Source: an uncultured Gemmatimonadales bacterium
Lineage (GTDB): Bacteria; Gemmatimonadota; Gemmatimonadetes; Longimicrobiales; Longimicrobiaceae
Direction: 5' to 3'
Assembly: GCA_963716255.1 (NCBI GenBank)
Contig: OY970303.1
Coordinates: 6,336,001 to 6,400,000, forward strand
Length of the DNA stretch: 64,000 nucleotides
The first letter of the stretch is position 1, and each line of letters opens with the position of its first letter. A program made the translations under genes and the position numbers. This document shows positions 46,524 through 56,859 of this stretch, one piece after another. The notes below the pieces were generated by a model that saw only the letters and a list, made by a program, of their open reading frames with translations, made no database searches and was not told where the DNA came from.

Positions 46524-47525
46524 ATGCCGAACCTCCCCAGGATCCTGCTGATCACCACGGGCGGCACCATCTCCATGCGCGTGGACCCGGAGCGCGGCGG
46601 CGCCGTGCCGACGCTCTCGGGGGAGGAGATCGTGCGCCTGGTGCCGGGCATAGACCGGGTGGCCCGGCTGGAGGTGCGCGAGTTCGGAAAGCTCCCGGGG
46701 CCGCACATGACCATCGAGCGCATGTGGGAGCTGAGGGCGGAGATCCTGCGCGCGGTGCAGGAGGGGTTCGAGGCGGTGGTGGTGACGCACGGGACGGACA
46801 CCATCGAGGAGACGGCCTACCTGCTGGACCGCTCCCTCCCGGCGGTGGTGCCGGTGGTGCTCACGGGGGCCATGCGCAACTCGTCGGAGCTGTCGTGGGA
46901 CGGGCCCGTCAACCTGATGAGCGCGGTGCAGGTGGCGGCGTCGCCGGAGTCGCGCGGGCGCGGCACCATGGTGGCCATGGACGAGCGGATGGTGCAGGGC
47001 GCGGAGGTGGTGAAGACGCACACGGAGGAGTTCGGCACCTTCCAGTCGCCCAACTGGGGTCCGCTGGGGATCGTGGACAAGGGGCACGTGCTGTACTACC
47101 GCGAGTCGCGCCGCAAGCCCACGCTGGCGCCGGACGCGCCCGTGACCCCGGTGGACCTGGTGAAGATCGTGGCGGGGGCGGACGCGCGGCTGATCGAGGC
47201 GAGCCTGGAGAGCGGGGCGCGCGGGATCGTGCTGGAGGCGCTGGGGCGCGGCAACGTCCCCCCGGAGGTGGTTCCCGGGGTGCGCCGCTGGACGGAAGCG
47301 GGACGGCCGCTGGTGGTGACCTCGCGCTCGCTGCGCGGGCGGGTGCTGGACACCTACGCGTACATGGGCGGCGGGCACGTGCTGCGGGAGATGGGGGCGA
47401 TCTTCGCGGACCACCTCACGGGGCAGCAGGCCCGCATCGAGCTGATGCTGGCGCTGGGCGTGTTCCGCGGCGACGTGGACCGGGTGCGCGACGCGGTGGA
47501 GGGGGGGAGCTACGACGACGAGTAA
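46524..47525 (+). CDS. L-asparaginase
   Basis: TTGGTISM, THGTDT.EE and VLTGAMR motifs. Confidence 0.93.
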   Translation: MPNLPRILLITTGGTISMRVDPERGGAVPTLSGEEIVRLVPGIDRVARLEVREFGKLPGPHMTIERMWELRAEILRAVQEGFEAVVVTHGTDTIEETAYLLDRSLPAVVPVVLTGAMRNSSELSWDGPVNLMSAVQVAASPESRGRGTMVAMDERMVQGAEVVKTHTEEFGTFQSPNWGPLGIVDKGHVLYYRESRRKPTLAPDAPVTPVDLVKIVAGADARLIEASLESGARGIVLEALGRGNVPPEVVPGVRRWTEAGRPLVVTSRSLRGRVLDTYAYMGGGHVLREMGAIFADHLTGQQARIELMLALGVFRGDVDRVRDAVEGGSYDDE

Positions 47526-47552
47526 GGGGGTTTGGAACGGCGTTTCACGGCG

Positions 47553-47686
47553 GGTTCGGGCGTGTCCCCGGCTGGCGCCGGGGTCGGGCTTCGGCTCCGT
47601 AACGCACGAAACAACCGTGCGTAACGGAGTCGAGCCCGCGCAAACAGCCGCGCGGTCTCGCCCCTTCGGGCCGTCATCCCTCACGC
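47553..47686 (-). repeat. Repeat family A, copy 5
   Basis: Reverse complement of the consensus; shares an extended flank with copy 1. Confidence 0.92.
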
Positions 47687-47884
47687 AAGTGCCGACGTAG
47701 CCGCAACCTCCCGCAGTTGCCCCCTCTCCCGGGATCGGGAGAGGGTGGCGGCTCTAAGGCCGCCGGGTGAGGGCTCGCCGGGCCGGAGCGTCTCCACGGG
47801 CAGGGTGGTGCGGCCAGCCAACCCGCGCCGTATCTTTGCCGGGTCCGCGTGTTCGAACCGTGCCCTCGCTCCAGGACCGCCGCC

Positions 47885-48427
47885 ATGACCCGCTCCTCCA
47901 TCTCGCCGCCCGCCTCCGACGAGTACGCGCCCTTCTACGCCGGCTACGTGGCCCTGGTGCGGGAGGAGGACGTGCTGTACGTGCTGGCTCGCCAGCCCGA
48001 GGACCTGCGGCGCCTGTGCGGCGGCCTTTCCGACGAGGACGCGCTCGCCCGCTACGCGCCGGGGAAGTGGATCGTCAAGGAAGTGCTGGGCCACCTGGCC
48101 GACGTGGAGCGCATCTTCGCCTACCGCGCCCTGCGCGTGGGGCGCGGCGACGTCACCCCGCTCGCCGGCTTCGACGAGAACGCCTACGTCCCGGCCGCCG
48201 GCTCCGACCGCCGGCCCCTGGCCGACCTGCTGGACGAGTTCGAGGCGGTGCGCGCCGCGACGCTGGCGCTGTTCCGCGGCATGCCGGAGGACGCCTGGGG
48301 GCGGCGCGGGACGGCCAACGGGGTCCCGGTGAGCACGCGCGGCCTGCTCTACGTCACCGCGGGGCACGCGCGGCACCACATGGAGATCCTCCGCGAGCGC
48401 TACGGGCTGGGGGCGGGCACCTCCTGA
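47885..48427 (+). CDS. DinB/YfiT-family protein
   Basis: YAPGKW.VKEVLGHLAD.E and GHARHH motifs. Confidence 0.85.
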   Translation: MTRSSISPPASDEYAPFYAGYVALVREEDVLYVLARQPEDLRRLCGGLSDEDALARYAPGKWIVKEVLGHLADVERIFAYRALRVGRGDVTPLAGFDENAYVPAAGSDRRPLADLLDEFEAVRAATLALFRGMPEDAWGRRGTANGVPVSTRGLLYVTAGHARHHMEILRERYGLGAGTS

Positions 48428-48456
48428 ATCCCGCGTCTCCGGCGGCGGGGTGGCGG

Positions 48457-48600
48457 GGCCGCTCCGGAGCCGGACGATACTACTGTCCGTCTCCTGCGCG
48501 GGTCGCGGAGCCACCGGAAACTGCCCCGGTGTCTCCGCTCCGGCTCCGGGAACCAGCCGAAACCGCCCGGCTGTTTCCCTCCGCAGACGATCTGGGGGAT
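48457..48600 (-). repeat. Repeat family B, copy 3
   Basis: Reverse complement of the family B layout. Confidence 0.85.
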
Positions 48601-48629
48601 ACTGCGGAACGGCCAACGGCACGACAAAA

Positions 48630-48664
48630 GCGAAACGGCCGCCCCGGGGGGGCGGCCGTTTCGC
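48630..48664. terminator. GC-rich inverted repeat between convergent genes
   Basis: GCGAAACGGCCGCCCC/GGGGCGGCCGTTTCGC perfect stem, with AAAA on the left side (U tract on the minus strand). Confidence 0.65.
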
Positions 48665-48693
48665 ACTTTCGCGCTTTCGAACTTTCGCTTTGT

Positions 48694-49131
48694 TTACCTC
48701 GCGGCGAGCTCCGCTTCCGGCTGGCTCGCGTGCACGCCGGTCTCCTGCCATGCGCGAAAGCAGTCCCAGCCGAACTCGCGGGCGGCGCGGGCCTGGTCGG
48801 GGAAGCCGAAGTAGTCGCGCCACCCCTGGGCCTCGGCGCGCCAGCGGCAGTCCCAGTCGAACTTCACGATCCGCGTCTCGCCGGCGGCGTGCACGGTCGC
48901 CGTGCCGCGGAAGTACTCGCAGCCCGTGGACGCGTGGATCTCCACCCGCTCGATCTCCAGCTCCGGGTACGCTTCCAGCACCTTGGTCAGGGTGCGCTCC
49001 ACCTTGACCGCGGGGGAGGGGAAGCTGAACGAGACCCGCTCGCACGCGCGCCCGTCGCGCTGGAAGCGGCGCACCGCGTCGCGGAACGCATCGGTGGCGG
49101 CCGAGCGTTGAAGAAACGTGGAAAGATCCAT
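48694..49131 (-). CDS. Hypothetical protein
   Basis: 145-aa ORF with host-like codon bias (WDC.W...GW.DYFGFPDQ). Confidence 0.7.
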   Translation of the reverse strand: MDLSTFLQRSAATDAFRDAVRRFQRDGRACERVSFSFPSPAVKVERTLTKVLEAYPELEIERVEIHASTGCEYFRGTATVHAAGETRIVKFDWDCRWRAEAQGWRDYFGFPDQARAAREFGWDCFRAWQETGVHASQPEAELAAR

Positions 49132-49298
49132 AGTTTGCCGGGGCTGAAAGGTGGGGTGGCCGTAAACATAACGCCGAGACGGCGAACCGCCAACTGTTTC
49201 GTCGCCATGTGTTTGCGGCGGTGTCCACCGAGCCGCTCCCTTACTCCGAGGAGTTCCATGCACGAGAGCAGGAAGCCCACGCCCGCCGCGGCCGCGGG

Positions 49299-50651
49299 GT
49301 GACGGAGGACGCCGCGCCGCGCGCCGACCTGCACCCCCCGCGCGAGGTCGTCCGCATCGCCCGCCGGCTGGAGGAGGCGGGCTACTCCACCTGGGCGGTG
49401 GGCGGAGCGGTGCGCGACGCGCTGGCCGGGCGCCGCCACACGGGCGACTGGGACCTGACCACCGCCGCCCGCCCGGGCGACGTGCGCCGGCTCTTCCGCC
49501 GCACGGTGCCGGTGGGGATCGAGCACGGCACGGTGGGGGTGGTGGGGGGGGACGGGCGGATGTACGAGGTCACCACCTTCCGCCGCGACGTGGAAACGGA
49601 CGGCCGGCACGCGAAGGTGTCGTTCTCCGACACGGTGGAGGAGGACCTGACCCGGCGCGACTTCACCATCAACGCCGTCGCCTGGCACCCGCTCACCCGC
49701 GAGCTGCGCGACCCGCACGGCGGCCGGGACGACCTGCGCCGCGGCGTCCTGCGCACGGTGGGCGAGCCGGCGGAGCGCTTCCGCGAGGACCGCCTGCGGG
49801 TGCTGCGCGGTCTGCGCTTCGCCGGGCGCTTCGGCCTGCGCGTGGACGCGGCGACGTGGGAGGCCGCCCGCGAGGCGGCGCCGTACCTCCCCCTGCTCTC
49901 CGCCGAGCGGGTGCGCGAGGAGCTGCTCAAGCTCCTCCGCGAGGTGGAGCGCCCCTCGGCCTCGCTGCGCCTGTACCGGGAGTGCGGCGCGCTCGCCTCG
50001 CTGTACCCGGAGCTGGAGCGCTGCGCCGGCGTCCCGGACGGCACGGGCGAGGACGTGTGGAGCCACCTGCTGCGCACCGCGGACGAGGTGCCCCGCGCGC
50101 GGCCGCTGCTCCGCCTGGCCGCCCTGCTCCACGACGCGGGCAAGCCTCTCGTGGAGCAGAGCCCGGACGGCGCCTTCCCGCGCCACGCCGAAGCGGGCGC
50201 CGCCGCCGCGCGCGGGCTGCTGCGCCGCATCCGCTGCTCCAACGCCGAGACCGACACCGTCACCCACCTGGTCGCCCAGCACGCCGGCGCCCCCGCGGCC
50301 GACGCGCCCATGCCGGAGTGGCGCCGCTGGCTGCGCCGCGTGGGCCCGGAGCACGCGCGCGACCTTGTTCGCCTGGGCATCGCGAGCTGCCGCGCCCACG
50401 CCGCGGCCTCCCCCGGCTGGGCGGCGCCGGACCGCGCGCGCCTCGCCGCCGCCCGCCGCGTGATGCGCGAGCGCACCGCCACCGGCATCGGCGGCCTGGC
50501 GGTCGGCGGGGCGGAGCTGCGCGGCCTGGGCCTGCCGCCCGGCCCGCTCTACGGCGAGGTGCTGAAGTGGCTGCTGGAGCAGGTCACGGACGACCCGGAG
50601 CTGAACGAGCGGGAAACGCTTCTGCGGATGGTGCGGGAGCGGATGGGGTAG
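49299..50651 (+). CDS. cca: CCA tRNA nucleotidyltransferase / poly(A) polymerase family
   Basis: VGGAVRD, DWDLTT, RRDFTINA, EDRLRVLR and LLHDAGK motifs; start uncertain. Confidence 0.88.
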   Translation: MTEDAAPRADLHPPREVVRIARRLEEAGYSTWAVGGAVRDALAGRRHTGDWDLTTAARPGDVRRLFRRTVPVGIEHGTVGVVGGDGRMYEVTTFRRDVETDGRHAKVSFSDTVEEDLTRRDFTINAVAWHPLTRELRDPHGGRDDLRRGVLRTVGEPAERFREDRLRVLRGLRFAGRFGLRVDAATWEAAREAAPYLPLLSAERVREELLKLLREVERPSASLRLYRECGALASLYPELERCAGVPDGTGEDVWSHLLRTADEVPRARPLLRLAALLHDAGKPLVEQSPDGAFPRHAEAGAAAARGLLRRIRCSNAETDTVTHLVAQHAGAPAADAPMPEWRRWLRRVGPEHARDLVRLGIASCRAHAAASPGWAAPDRARLAAARRVMRERTATGIGGLAVGGAELRGLGLPPGPLYGEVLKWLLEQVTDDPELNERETLLRMVRERMG

Positions 50652-50833
50652 GGGACAGCCGGCTTCATACGGTGCACGCGCAGCGTGCAGCGCCACGGCG
50701 ACCCCCCCCCCGGCCCTTCCCCGCAAGGGGGAGGGGGGAGCACGACAACGGCGAGGTACAAATAAAGCCCTCCCCCGGAACGTGGGAGGGCGGCGGCTAC
50801 AAGGCCGCCGGGTGGGGGCCAGCGCGGAGCCCC

Positions 50834-50967
50834 GCGTGAGGGATTTCGGCCCGAAGGGGCGAGACCCGGCGGCTGATTGCCGGGGCTCGACTCCGTTGCA
50901 GACGGTAGTTTCGTCTGCTACGGAGCCGAAGCCCGACCCCGGCGCCCGCCGGGGGCACGCCCGAACC
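50834..50967 (+). repeat. Repeat family A, copy 6
   Basis: Matches the family A consensus. Confidence 0.92.
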
Positions 50968-50982
50968 CGCCGTCCCCGTTGG

Positions 50983-51189
50983 TCAAAGCCGTTGCGGTGC
51001 CGCCTCTCCCGCGGACTCGACTTTCGAAAGAAGCCACTGCCAGGCTTCGTCCAGCCGCCATTCGATCGCCGCGGACGCTTCGGGCAGGTCCGCGTGCTGG
51101 CGCAGCAGGAACTCCAGGTCCGCGATCCACCGGCGGAGCTGCGCTTCGTCGGAATCGGGACCGACCGCGGGAACCAGGATTCGCAGCAT
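50983..51189 (-). CDS. Small hypothetical protein
   Basis: 68-aa helical-looking ORF downstream of the GntR gene. Confidence 0.45.
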   Translation of the reverse strand: MLRILVPAVGPDSDEAQLRRWIADLEFLLRQHADLPEASAAIEWRLDEAWQWLLSKVESAGEAAPQRL

Positions 51190-51259
51190 GCAGGGCCGGG
51201 GAGGAGGGGTCAGCCGGGACGGCGGACTTCCGCGTGCAACCCCCGTACCCGTATCCCGC

Positions 51260-52207
51260 TCACCCGGGTCCCCCCGCAAGCCGCTCCGCCCGCAGGTTCA
51301 GCCGGATGATGGTCTCGGCCAGCTCGCGCGCGGTCTGCGGCGAGAAGGTGGGGGCGTGGGGGATCGCCTCGGGGAGGCGCGCCCCCGCGAGCGACGCGCG
51401 GGCCGCCTTGGTCAGCAGCACCGTGCGCTCGGGTGCGATGCGCTCCACCGCTTCCCGGTCGGAGGCGGCGACCAGGCGGATGCGCGACCCGTTCTCCGCG
51501 CCGCTGCCGTGCATGGCCCGGATGCGCTCTCCGAACTCCGGGTCCACCGAGACCACCACCAGCTCGCCCCGCTCCAGCTCGCGCCCGATGGCCTCCACGA
51601 TGTGGGAGTGCACCGTCAGGACGACCACCGGCCTCCCGGAGGGGAGCGCCGCCCCCTGCACCCGTGCCGCGTGGAAGCGGGTGGTCACCACCAGGTCCGC
51701 GCCGGCCAGCTCGGCCTGCAGGCGCCCCGCGTCCTCCGGGCCGCCGCCGCCGGACGAGAGGTACACCGGGTGCGCTTCCAGCCCGAACAGCTCCGCGAGC
51801 TCGGTGCAGTACGCGGTCATCTGGTCCAGGTTGGACTCCACGCACGCCACCCGCAGGCGGGTGTGCGTGGTGCAGCGCCGCAGCAGGTCGTGCAGCTCGG
51901 TGAGCGGGATCTGCCGGCGCCAGGCGTCGGTGACCACGCTGGCCAGCCAGCGCGCCGTCTCGGCCAGCAGCTCGCCGCCCAGTCGCTCCTGCTGCGCCAC
52001 GTACACCCCGGAGCGGCCCCTCACCTCCACCAGCCCCTCCTCCTGGAGGACGCGGTAGGAGGCGGCGACCGCGCGGTGGTCGGCCCCGGTCTCGCGCGCC
52101 ACCTCGCGGATGCTGGGGAGCCGGTCGCCGGGCCGGATGCGGCCCACGTGGAGGGCGTTGAGGAGGCGGTCCCGGAGGCGGTCGGTGAGGTCTTGCTCGC
52201 GGTCCAC
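51260..52207 (-). CDS. GntR-family transcriptional regulator
   Basis: PGDRLPSIREVA...AY..L..EGLVEVRGRSGVYV wHTH. Confidence 0.85.
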   Translation of the reverse strand: MDREQDLTDRLRDRLLNALHVGRIRPGDRLPSIREVARETGADHRAVAASYRVLQEEGLVEVRGRSGVYVAQQERLGGELLAETARWLASVVTDAWRRQIPLTELHDLLRRCTTHTRLRVACVESNLDQMTAYCTELAELFGLEAHPVYLSSGGGGPEDAGRLQAELAGADLVVTTRFHAARVQGAALPSGRPVVVLTVHSHIVEAIGRELERGELVVVSVDPEFGERIRAMHGSGAENGSRIRLVAASDREAVERIAPERTVLLTKAARASLAGARLPEAIPHAPTFSPQTARELAETIIRLNLRAERLAGGPG

Positions 52208-52546
52208 GGGGCTCGGAGAGCTGGTGGCGGCGCGCGGGCGGGGCGCGGCATGCGCCGCGCTCCGCTTTCCGGCAGCCGGATGTTTCACTTTGTGGCCTCG
52301 CGGCGCGGGATGCAAGGGGCGCTCGCCCGGCCGGCGGCTTGCGGGATCGTGGGGCGGGGTGTAGCCTGCAAGCTGGAGGCACCGGCGGTGCGGTGGCGTG
52401 CTCCCTGCATCCGCGCGGAGCGTGACTCTACACAGGACGGCTCGATTGAACGAAGCTGACGACGTTCCCGGCAGTACGCGGGGCGGACCGCCCCGCGCGG
52501 GTGTCCGCCCCCCCCGTGGTCCGCGCCGCCCCCCCGGAGGCGGCCG

Positions 52547-53869
52547 ATGAGCATCCTCCCCTGGCTCGTGGTCGCGACCCTGATCGCGCTCACCGGGCTG
52601 TACGTGGCGGCCGAGTTCGCGGCGGTGAGCGTGCGCCGCAGCCGCATCCGCCAGAAGGCCGAGCAGGGCGATGCCCAGGCCCGGCGCATCCTCCCCGTCC
52701 TGGACGACCCCGCCAAGCTCGACAACTACATCGCCGCCTGCCAGGTGGGGATCACCCTCACCAGCCTCATCGTGGGCGCCTACGCGCAGGCCACCATCGC
52801 CGTGCAGCTGCGCCCGCTCTTCCGCGGGCTGTTCGGGCTGAGCGCGTCCGCGGCGCAGTCCACCAGCACCGTGGTGGTGCTGGTGGGGCTCACCGTGCTG
52901 GCGATGGTGCTGGGCGAGCTGGTCCCCAAGTCGGTGGCGCTCCAGTTCCCCACGCGCACCGCCATGGTCACCTCGCTTCCCATGGCGTGGTCGCTCGCCG
53001 TGTTCTCCGGCTCCATCCGCTTCCTCAACGGCAGCGGCGCGCTGATCCTGCGCCTGTTCGGGGCGCACAACGCCGGGCACCGCCACATCCACTCGCCCGA
53101 GGAGATCGACCTGCTGATCGCCGAGAGCCGCGACGGCGGGCTGCTGGAGCCGGACGAGCAGCGCCGCCTGCGCCGCGCGCTCCAGCTGGGGATCCGGCCC
53201 GCGCGGCACCTGATGGTCCCCCGCCCGCAGATCTCCGCCATCGAGGCCGGCACCCCCATGGCCGAGCTGGTACGCACCGTTTCCGAGAGCCCCTACACCC
53301 GGCTCCCGGTGTACCGCGGCACCATCGACAACGTGGTGGGGATGCTCCACACCCGCGACCTGTTCACCCGCTACCTGGAGGGGCGCCCCACCACGGTGGA
53401 GGAGCTGCTGCGCCCCATCCTCATCGTGCACGAGAGCGTCACCGCCGACCGGCTGCTCACCCTCATGCGCGAGCGGCGCAGCCACCAGGCCATCGTCGCC
53501 GACGAGTTCGGCGGGGTGGCGGGGCTGGTGACGCTGGAGGACGTGCTCACCGAGGTGATGGGCGACGTGGGCGACGAGTTCAAGAGCGACGACCCGCGCC
53601 CCGAGCGCCTTCCCGACGGGCGGGTGCGGCTCCCCGGCTTCCTGCGCGTGGACGAGGCCGAGCCGTGGATCGGGGTGTGCCTGCAGGGCGAGGCGGACAC
53701 CGTGGGCGGCCGGGTGGTGGAGGAGCTGGGGCACCTCCCCGAGCCCGGCGACCGGGTGACGGTGGACGGCGTGGAGCTGGAGGTGGAGGAGGTCGTCAAC
53801 CACGCCATCGCCACCGTGATCGCCACGCCGGTGGACACCGGCTGGGACGACGACGAAGAGGAGGCGTGA
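52547..53869 (+). CDS. HlyC/CorC (CNNM/DUF21-CBS) family transporter, copy 1
   Basis: YVAAEFA, QVGIT, GELVPKS and DEFGGVAGLVTLED motifs. Confidence 0.9.
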   Translation: MSILPWLVVATLIALTGLYVAAEFAAVSVRRSRIRQKAEQGDAQARRILPVLDDPAKLDNYIAACQVGITLTSLIVGAYAQATIAVQLRPLFRGLFGLSASAAQSTSTVVVLVGLTVLAMVLGELVPKSVALQFPTRTAMVTSLPMAWSLAVFSGSIRFLNGSGALILRLFGAHNAGHRHIHSPEEIDLLIAESRDGGLLEPDEQRRLRRALQLGIRPARHLMVPRPQISAIEAGTPMAELVRTVSESPYTRLPVYRGTIDNVVGMLHTRDLFTRYLEGRPTTVEELLRPILIVHESVTADRLLTLMRERRSHQAIVADEFGGVAGLVTLEDVLTEVMGDVGDEFKSDDPRPERLPDGRVRLPGFLRVDEAEPWIGVCLQGEADTVGGRVVEELGHLPEPGDRVTVDGVELEVEEVVNHAIATVIATPVDTGWDDDEEEA

Positions 53870-53870
53870 G

Positions 53871-55202
53871 GTGGTCACCGTCCTGATCGTCGCCGCGCTG
53901 CTCCTGGCCAACGCCCTGTTCGTGGCCGCGGAGTTCGCCATCGTGGGCGCCCCGCGGGTGTCCGTGGAGCGCCGCGCCGCCGCCGGCGACCGCGTCGCCC
54001 GGACCGTCCTGGGAATCCTCCGCGACCCGCGGCGGCAGGACCGCTACATCGCCACCGCGCAGCTGGGGATCACCGTCGCCAGCCTGGGGCTGGGCATGTA
54101 CGGCGAGCACGCGCTCGCCGCGTGGATCGTGCCCTGGCTGGAGGCCGCCGGGCTGGGGGAGCTGCGCTGGATCGCAGCGCACACCATCGCCAGCATCCTC
54201 GCGGTCGCCATCCTCACCTACTTCCACATCGTCGTCGGGGAGATGGTCCCCAAGTCGCTCGCGCTGCAGCAGCCCGAGCGCACCGCCATGTGGGTGACGC
54301 CGCCGCTGCTGTGGATCCAGATGGCAGTGTACCCGGTCATCCTCGCGCTCAACGCCGTCGGCAACGGCCTCCTGCGGCTGGCCGGGATCGACCGGAGCAC
54401 CGCCACCGGCGAGCACATCCGCACCCCCGAGGAACTGCAGTTCATCGTCCGCGAGAGCCAGGCGGGCGGGCTGCTGCGCAAGGAGTCGGCGGACGTGGTC
54501 CAGGAGCTCCTGGACTGGGCGGAGCTGACCGCCGGCGAGGTGATGGTGCCGCGGGTGCGGATCACCGGCATCCCCCTGGGCGCCTCGTACCAGGACGTGC
54601 GCGAGATCGTGCGCGGCCACCCCCACACGCGCTACCCCGTGTACCGTGGCAGCCTGGACGACATCGTGGGGATGGTGCACGTCAAGGACCTCTTCCGCCG
54701 CCTGCGCAGCCGCCGCTCGGTGCACGCCAACGACGCGCGCCCGGTGCCGTACGTCCCCGAGACCGCCACCATCGACACCGTGTTCGACGCCATGCGCCGC
54801 GCCCGCAGCCAGATGGCGGTGGTCATGGACGAGCACGGCGGCACCGCCGGCGTCATCACCCTGGAAGACCTGTTCGAGGAGGTGGTGGGCGAGATCGAGG
54901 AGGGCCCCGCCGACCACCCCGAGATCTTCCGCGACCCCGCCGGCGTCCTGCACGCCGCCGGCACCGCGCGCATCGAGGAAGTGGGGGATGCCCTCGGCGT
55001 GGTGCTGGAGCACGAGGAGGTGGACACCGTCAGCGGCCTGGTGCTGTCCATCCTGGAGCGTCCCCCCGCCGTGGGCGACTCCGTGGTCTACGACGACGTC
55101 CGCTTCGAGGTCACCCGGGTGGAGGGCCACGGCGTGGCGGAGACCGTCGTGGCCGAGGTCCCCCGCCCGCGCCGCCGCGGCGGCACCGAGGACGACGAGT
55201 AG
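53871..55202 (+). CDS. HlyC/CorC (CNNM/DUF21-CBS) family transporter, copy 2
   Basis: FVAAEFA, QLGIT, GEMVPKS and DEHGGTAGVITLED motifs. Confidence 0.9.
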   Translation: MVTVLIVAALLLANALFVAAEFAIVGAPRVSVERRAAAGDRVARTVLGILRDPRRQDRYIATAQLGITVASLGLGMYGEHALAAWIVPWLEAAGLGELRWIAAHTIASILAVAILTYFHIVVGEMVPKSLALQQPERTAMWVTPPLLWIQMAVYPVILALNAVGNGLLRLAGIDRSTATGEHIRTPEELQFIVRESQAGGLLRKESADVVQELLDWAELTAGEVMVPRVRITGIPLGASYQDVREIVRGHPHTRYPVYRGSLDDIVGMVHVKDLFRRLRSRRSVHANDARPVPYVPETATIDTVFDAMRRARSQMAVVMDEHGGTAGVITLEDLFEEVVGEIEEGPADHPEIFRDPAGVLHAAGTARIEEVGDALGVVLEHEEVDTVSGLVLSILERPPAVGDSVVYDDVRFEVTRVEGHGVAETVVAEVPRPRRRGGTEDDE

Positions 55203-55311
55203 ACGCAGGACCCGCCGCGCCGCCCCGTCGCGGGGCGGCGCCCGCCGGTGTATCTTTCAGGCGCGGCCCGGGATCCGGGCCGCGCGCGACACCCCACACC
55301 GGCAAGGTCCC

Positions 55312-56424
55312 GTGTCCGATATTCTCCTCGCCTCCCCCGCGGAGGCGGTGCGCGAGGTCGCCGCCCGGACCGAGCGCGGCGAGCGCATCACGACGAAAGA
55401 CGCCGCCACGCTCTGGCACCACGCCCCCGACGACGAGCTCAGGCGCCTGGCGCAGATCGTCCGCGCCCGCTTCCACCGGCCCGACCGCGCCACCTACGTG
55501 GTGATGCGCATCATCAACTACACCAACGTTTGCGTGGCGCAGTGCGACTACTGCGCCTTCTACGTCCTCCCCAACCAGGAGGGCGGCTACGTCCTCACCC
55601 GCGAGGACGTGTTCGCCAAGATCGACGCGCTGCTGGAGGCCGGCGGCGACCTGGTGGGCTTCAACGGCGGCTTCAACCCCAGGCTGCCGCTGCACTACTA
55701 CTGCGACCTGTTCGCGGCGGTGCGCGACCGCTACGGCGACCGGGTGGAGTTCTACGCGCTCACCATCGCCGAGTTCATGTACCTCGCCGACCGCGCCGGG
55801 CTCACCTACCTGGAGACCGCCGCGAAGCTCCGCGACGCCGGCGTGTTCTGGATCACCGGCGGCGGCTCCGAGATCCTCACCGAAGACTTCCGGAAGCGGC
55901 ACACCAGGTTCAAGTACACGGTGGAGCAGTACTTCCAGGCCCAGCGCGCCGTGGTGGACGCCGGCCTGCGCACCACCGCCACCATGGTCATCGGCTTCGA
56001 CGAGACACTGGACGAGCGGCTGGAGCACCTGCAGCGCACCCGCGACTTCCAGGACGGGTGCCTCGCCGACGGGCTCCCCGGGCTCTTCTCCTTCCTCTGC
56101 TGGACGTACAAGCCGTACGGCACCGCGCTCGCCGGGCGCGAGATCGAGCCGCGCGAGTACCACCGGCACATGGCGCTGTCCCGAATTTTCCTGGACAACG
56201 TGCGGCACATGCGCACCTCCGTCCTCACGCTCAACGAGGACGCGTTCCGGGGGCTGGAGTTCGGCGCCGACGACTTCGACCTGCCCATCGAGGACGAGGT
56301 GACCCAGAAGGCCGGAGCGACCATCGACACGGACCTCACGCGCCTGCTCGAGATCCCGCGTTCCATGGGGTACACGGTGGAGTATCGCCGCGCCGAGCGC
56401 CCGGAGTTCACGGCGACGGCCTGA
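55312..56424 (+). CDS. CofH/MqnC-family radical SAM enzyme (probable cyclic dehypoxanthinyl futalosine synthase)
   Basis: INYTNVCVAQCDYCAFY, GGGSEIL and TTATM motifs. Confidence 0.8.
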   Translation: MSDILLASPAEAVREVAARTERGERITTKDAATLWHHAPDDELRRLAQIVRARFHRPDRATYVVMRIINYTNVCVAQCDYCAFYVLPNQEGGYVLTREDVFAKIDALLEAGGDLVGFNGGFNPRLPLHYYCDLFAAVRDRYGDRVEFYALTIAEFMYLADRAGLTYLETAAKLRDAGVFWITGGGSEILTEDFRKRHTRFKYTVEQYFQAQRAVVDAGLRTTATMVIGFDETLDERLEHLQRTRDFQDGCLADGLPGLFSFLCWTYKPYGTALAGREIEPREYHRHMALSRIFLDNVRHMRTSVLTLNEDAFRGLEFGADDFDLPIEDEVTQKAGATIDTDLTRLLEIPRSMGYTVEYRRAERPEFTATA

Positions 56425-56441
56425 AGGTTTTTGAGCTGACG

Positions 56442-56574
56442 GGTTCGGGCGTGTCCCCGGCTGCCGCCGGGGTCGGGCTTCGGCTCCGTAGGGCTGCAAA
56501 CAACGCAGCCCAACGGAGTCGAGCCCCCGCAAACTGCGCGGGGTCTCGCCCCTTCGGGCCGAAATCCCTCACGC
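56442..56574 (-). repeat. Repeat family A, copy 7
   Basis: Reverse complement of the family A consensus. Confidence 0.92.
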
Positions 56575-56666
56575 AACGGCGGCCCCCACCCGGCTCGCTT
56601 GAGGCTCGCCACCCTCCCCCAATTCTGTGGGAGGGCTGGTCGCAGGTCAGGGTTGTTGCCGTTGCG

Positions 56667-56792
56667 ATCTGCGCCGGGAGGTCGGGGGAGGGTCCGCAGG
56701 CGGTGCGTTTGTTCGAAGCCAGCGTGATCCTGCATTCGCTCGGAGGGTGGGCGAGTTTCGCACCGCCGGAGGAGCCTCCCCCGGCCGACCCC
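56667..56792 (+). repeat. Repeat family D, copy 1
   Basis: GATCTGCGCCGGGAGGTCGGG.GAGGGTCCGCAGGCGGTGCGT.TGTTCGAAGCCAGCGTGATCC shared with 63293-63440. Confidence 0.85.
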
Positions 56793-56859
56793 ATACCCGG
56801 AGCCGGCCGAAGCGCCCCGGCGCGAGCCCGGCCCCAGGCCACAATCCAAAGAAGCAGCT

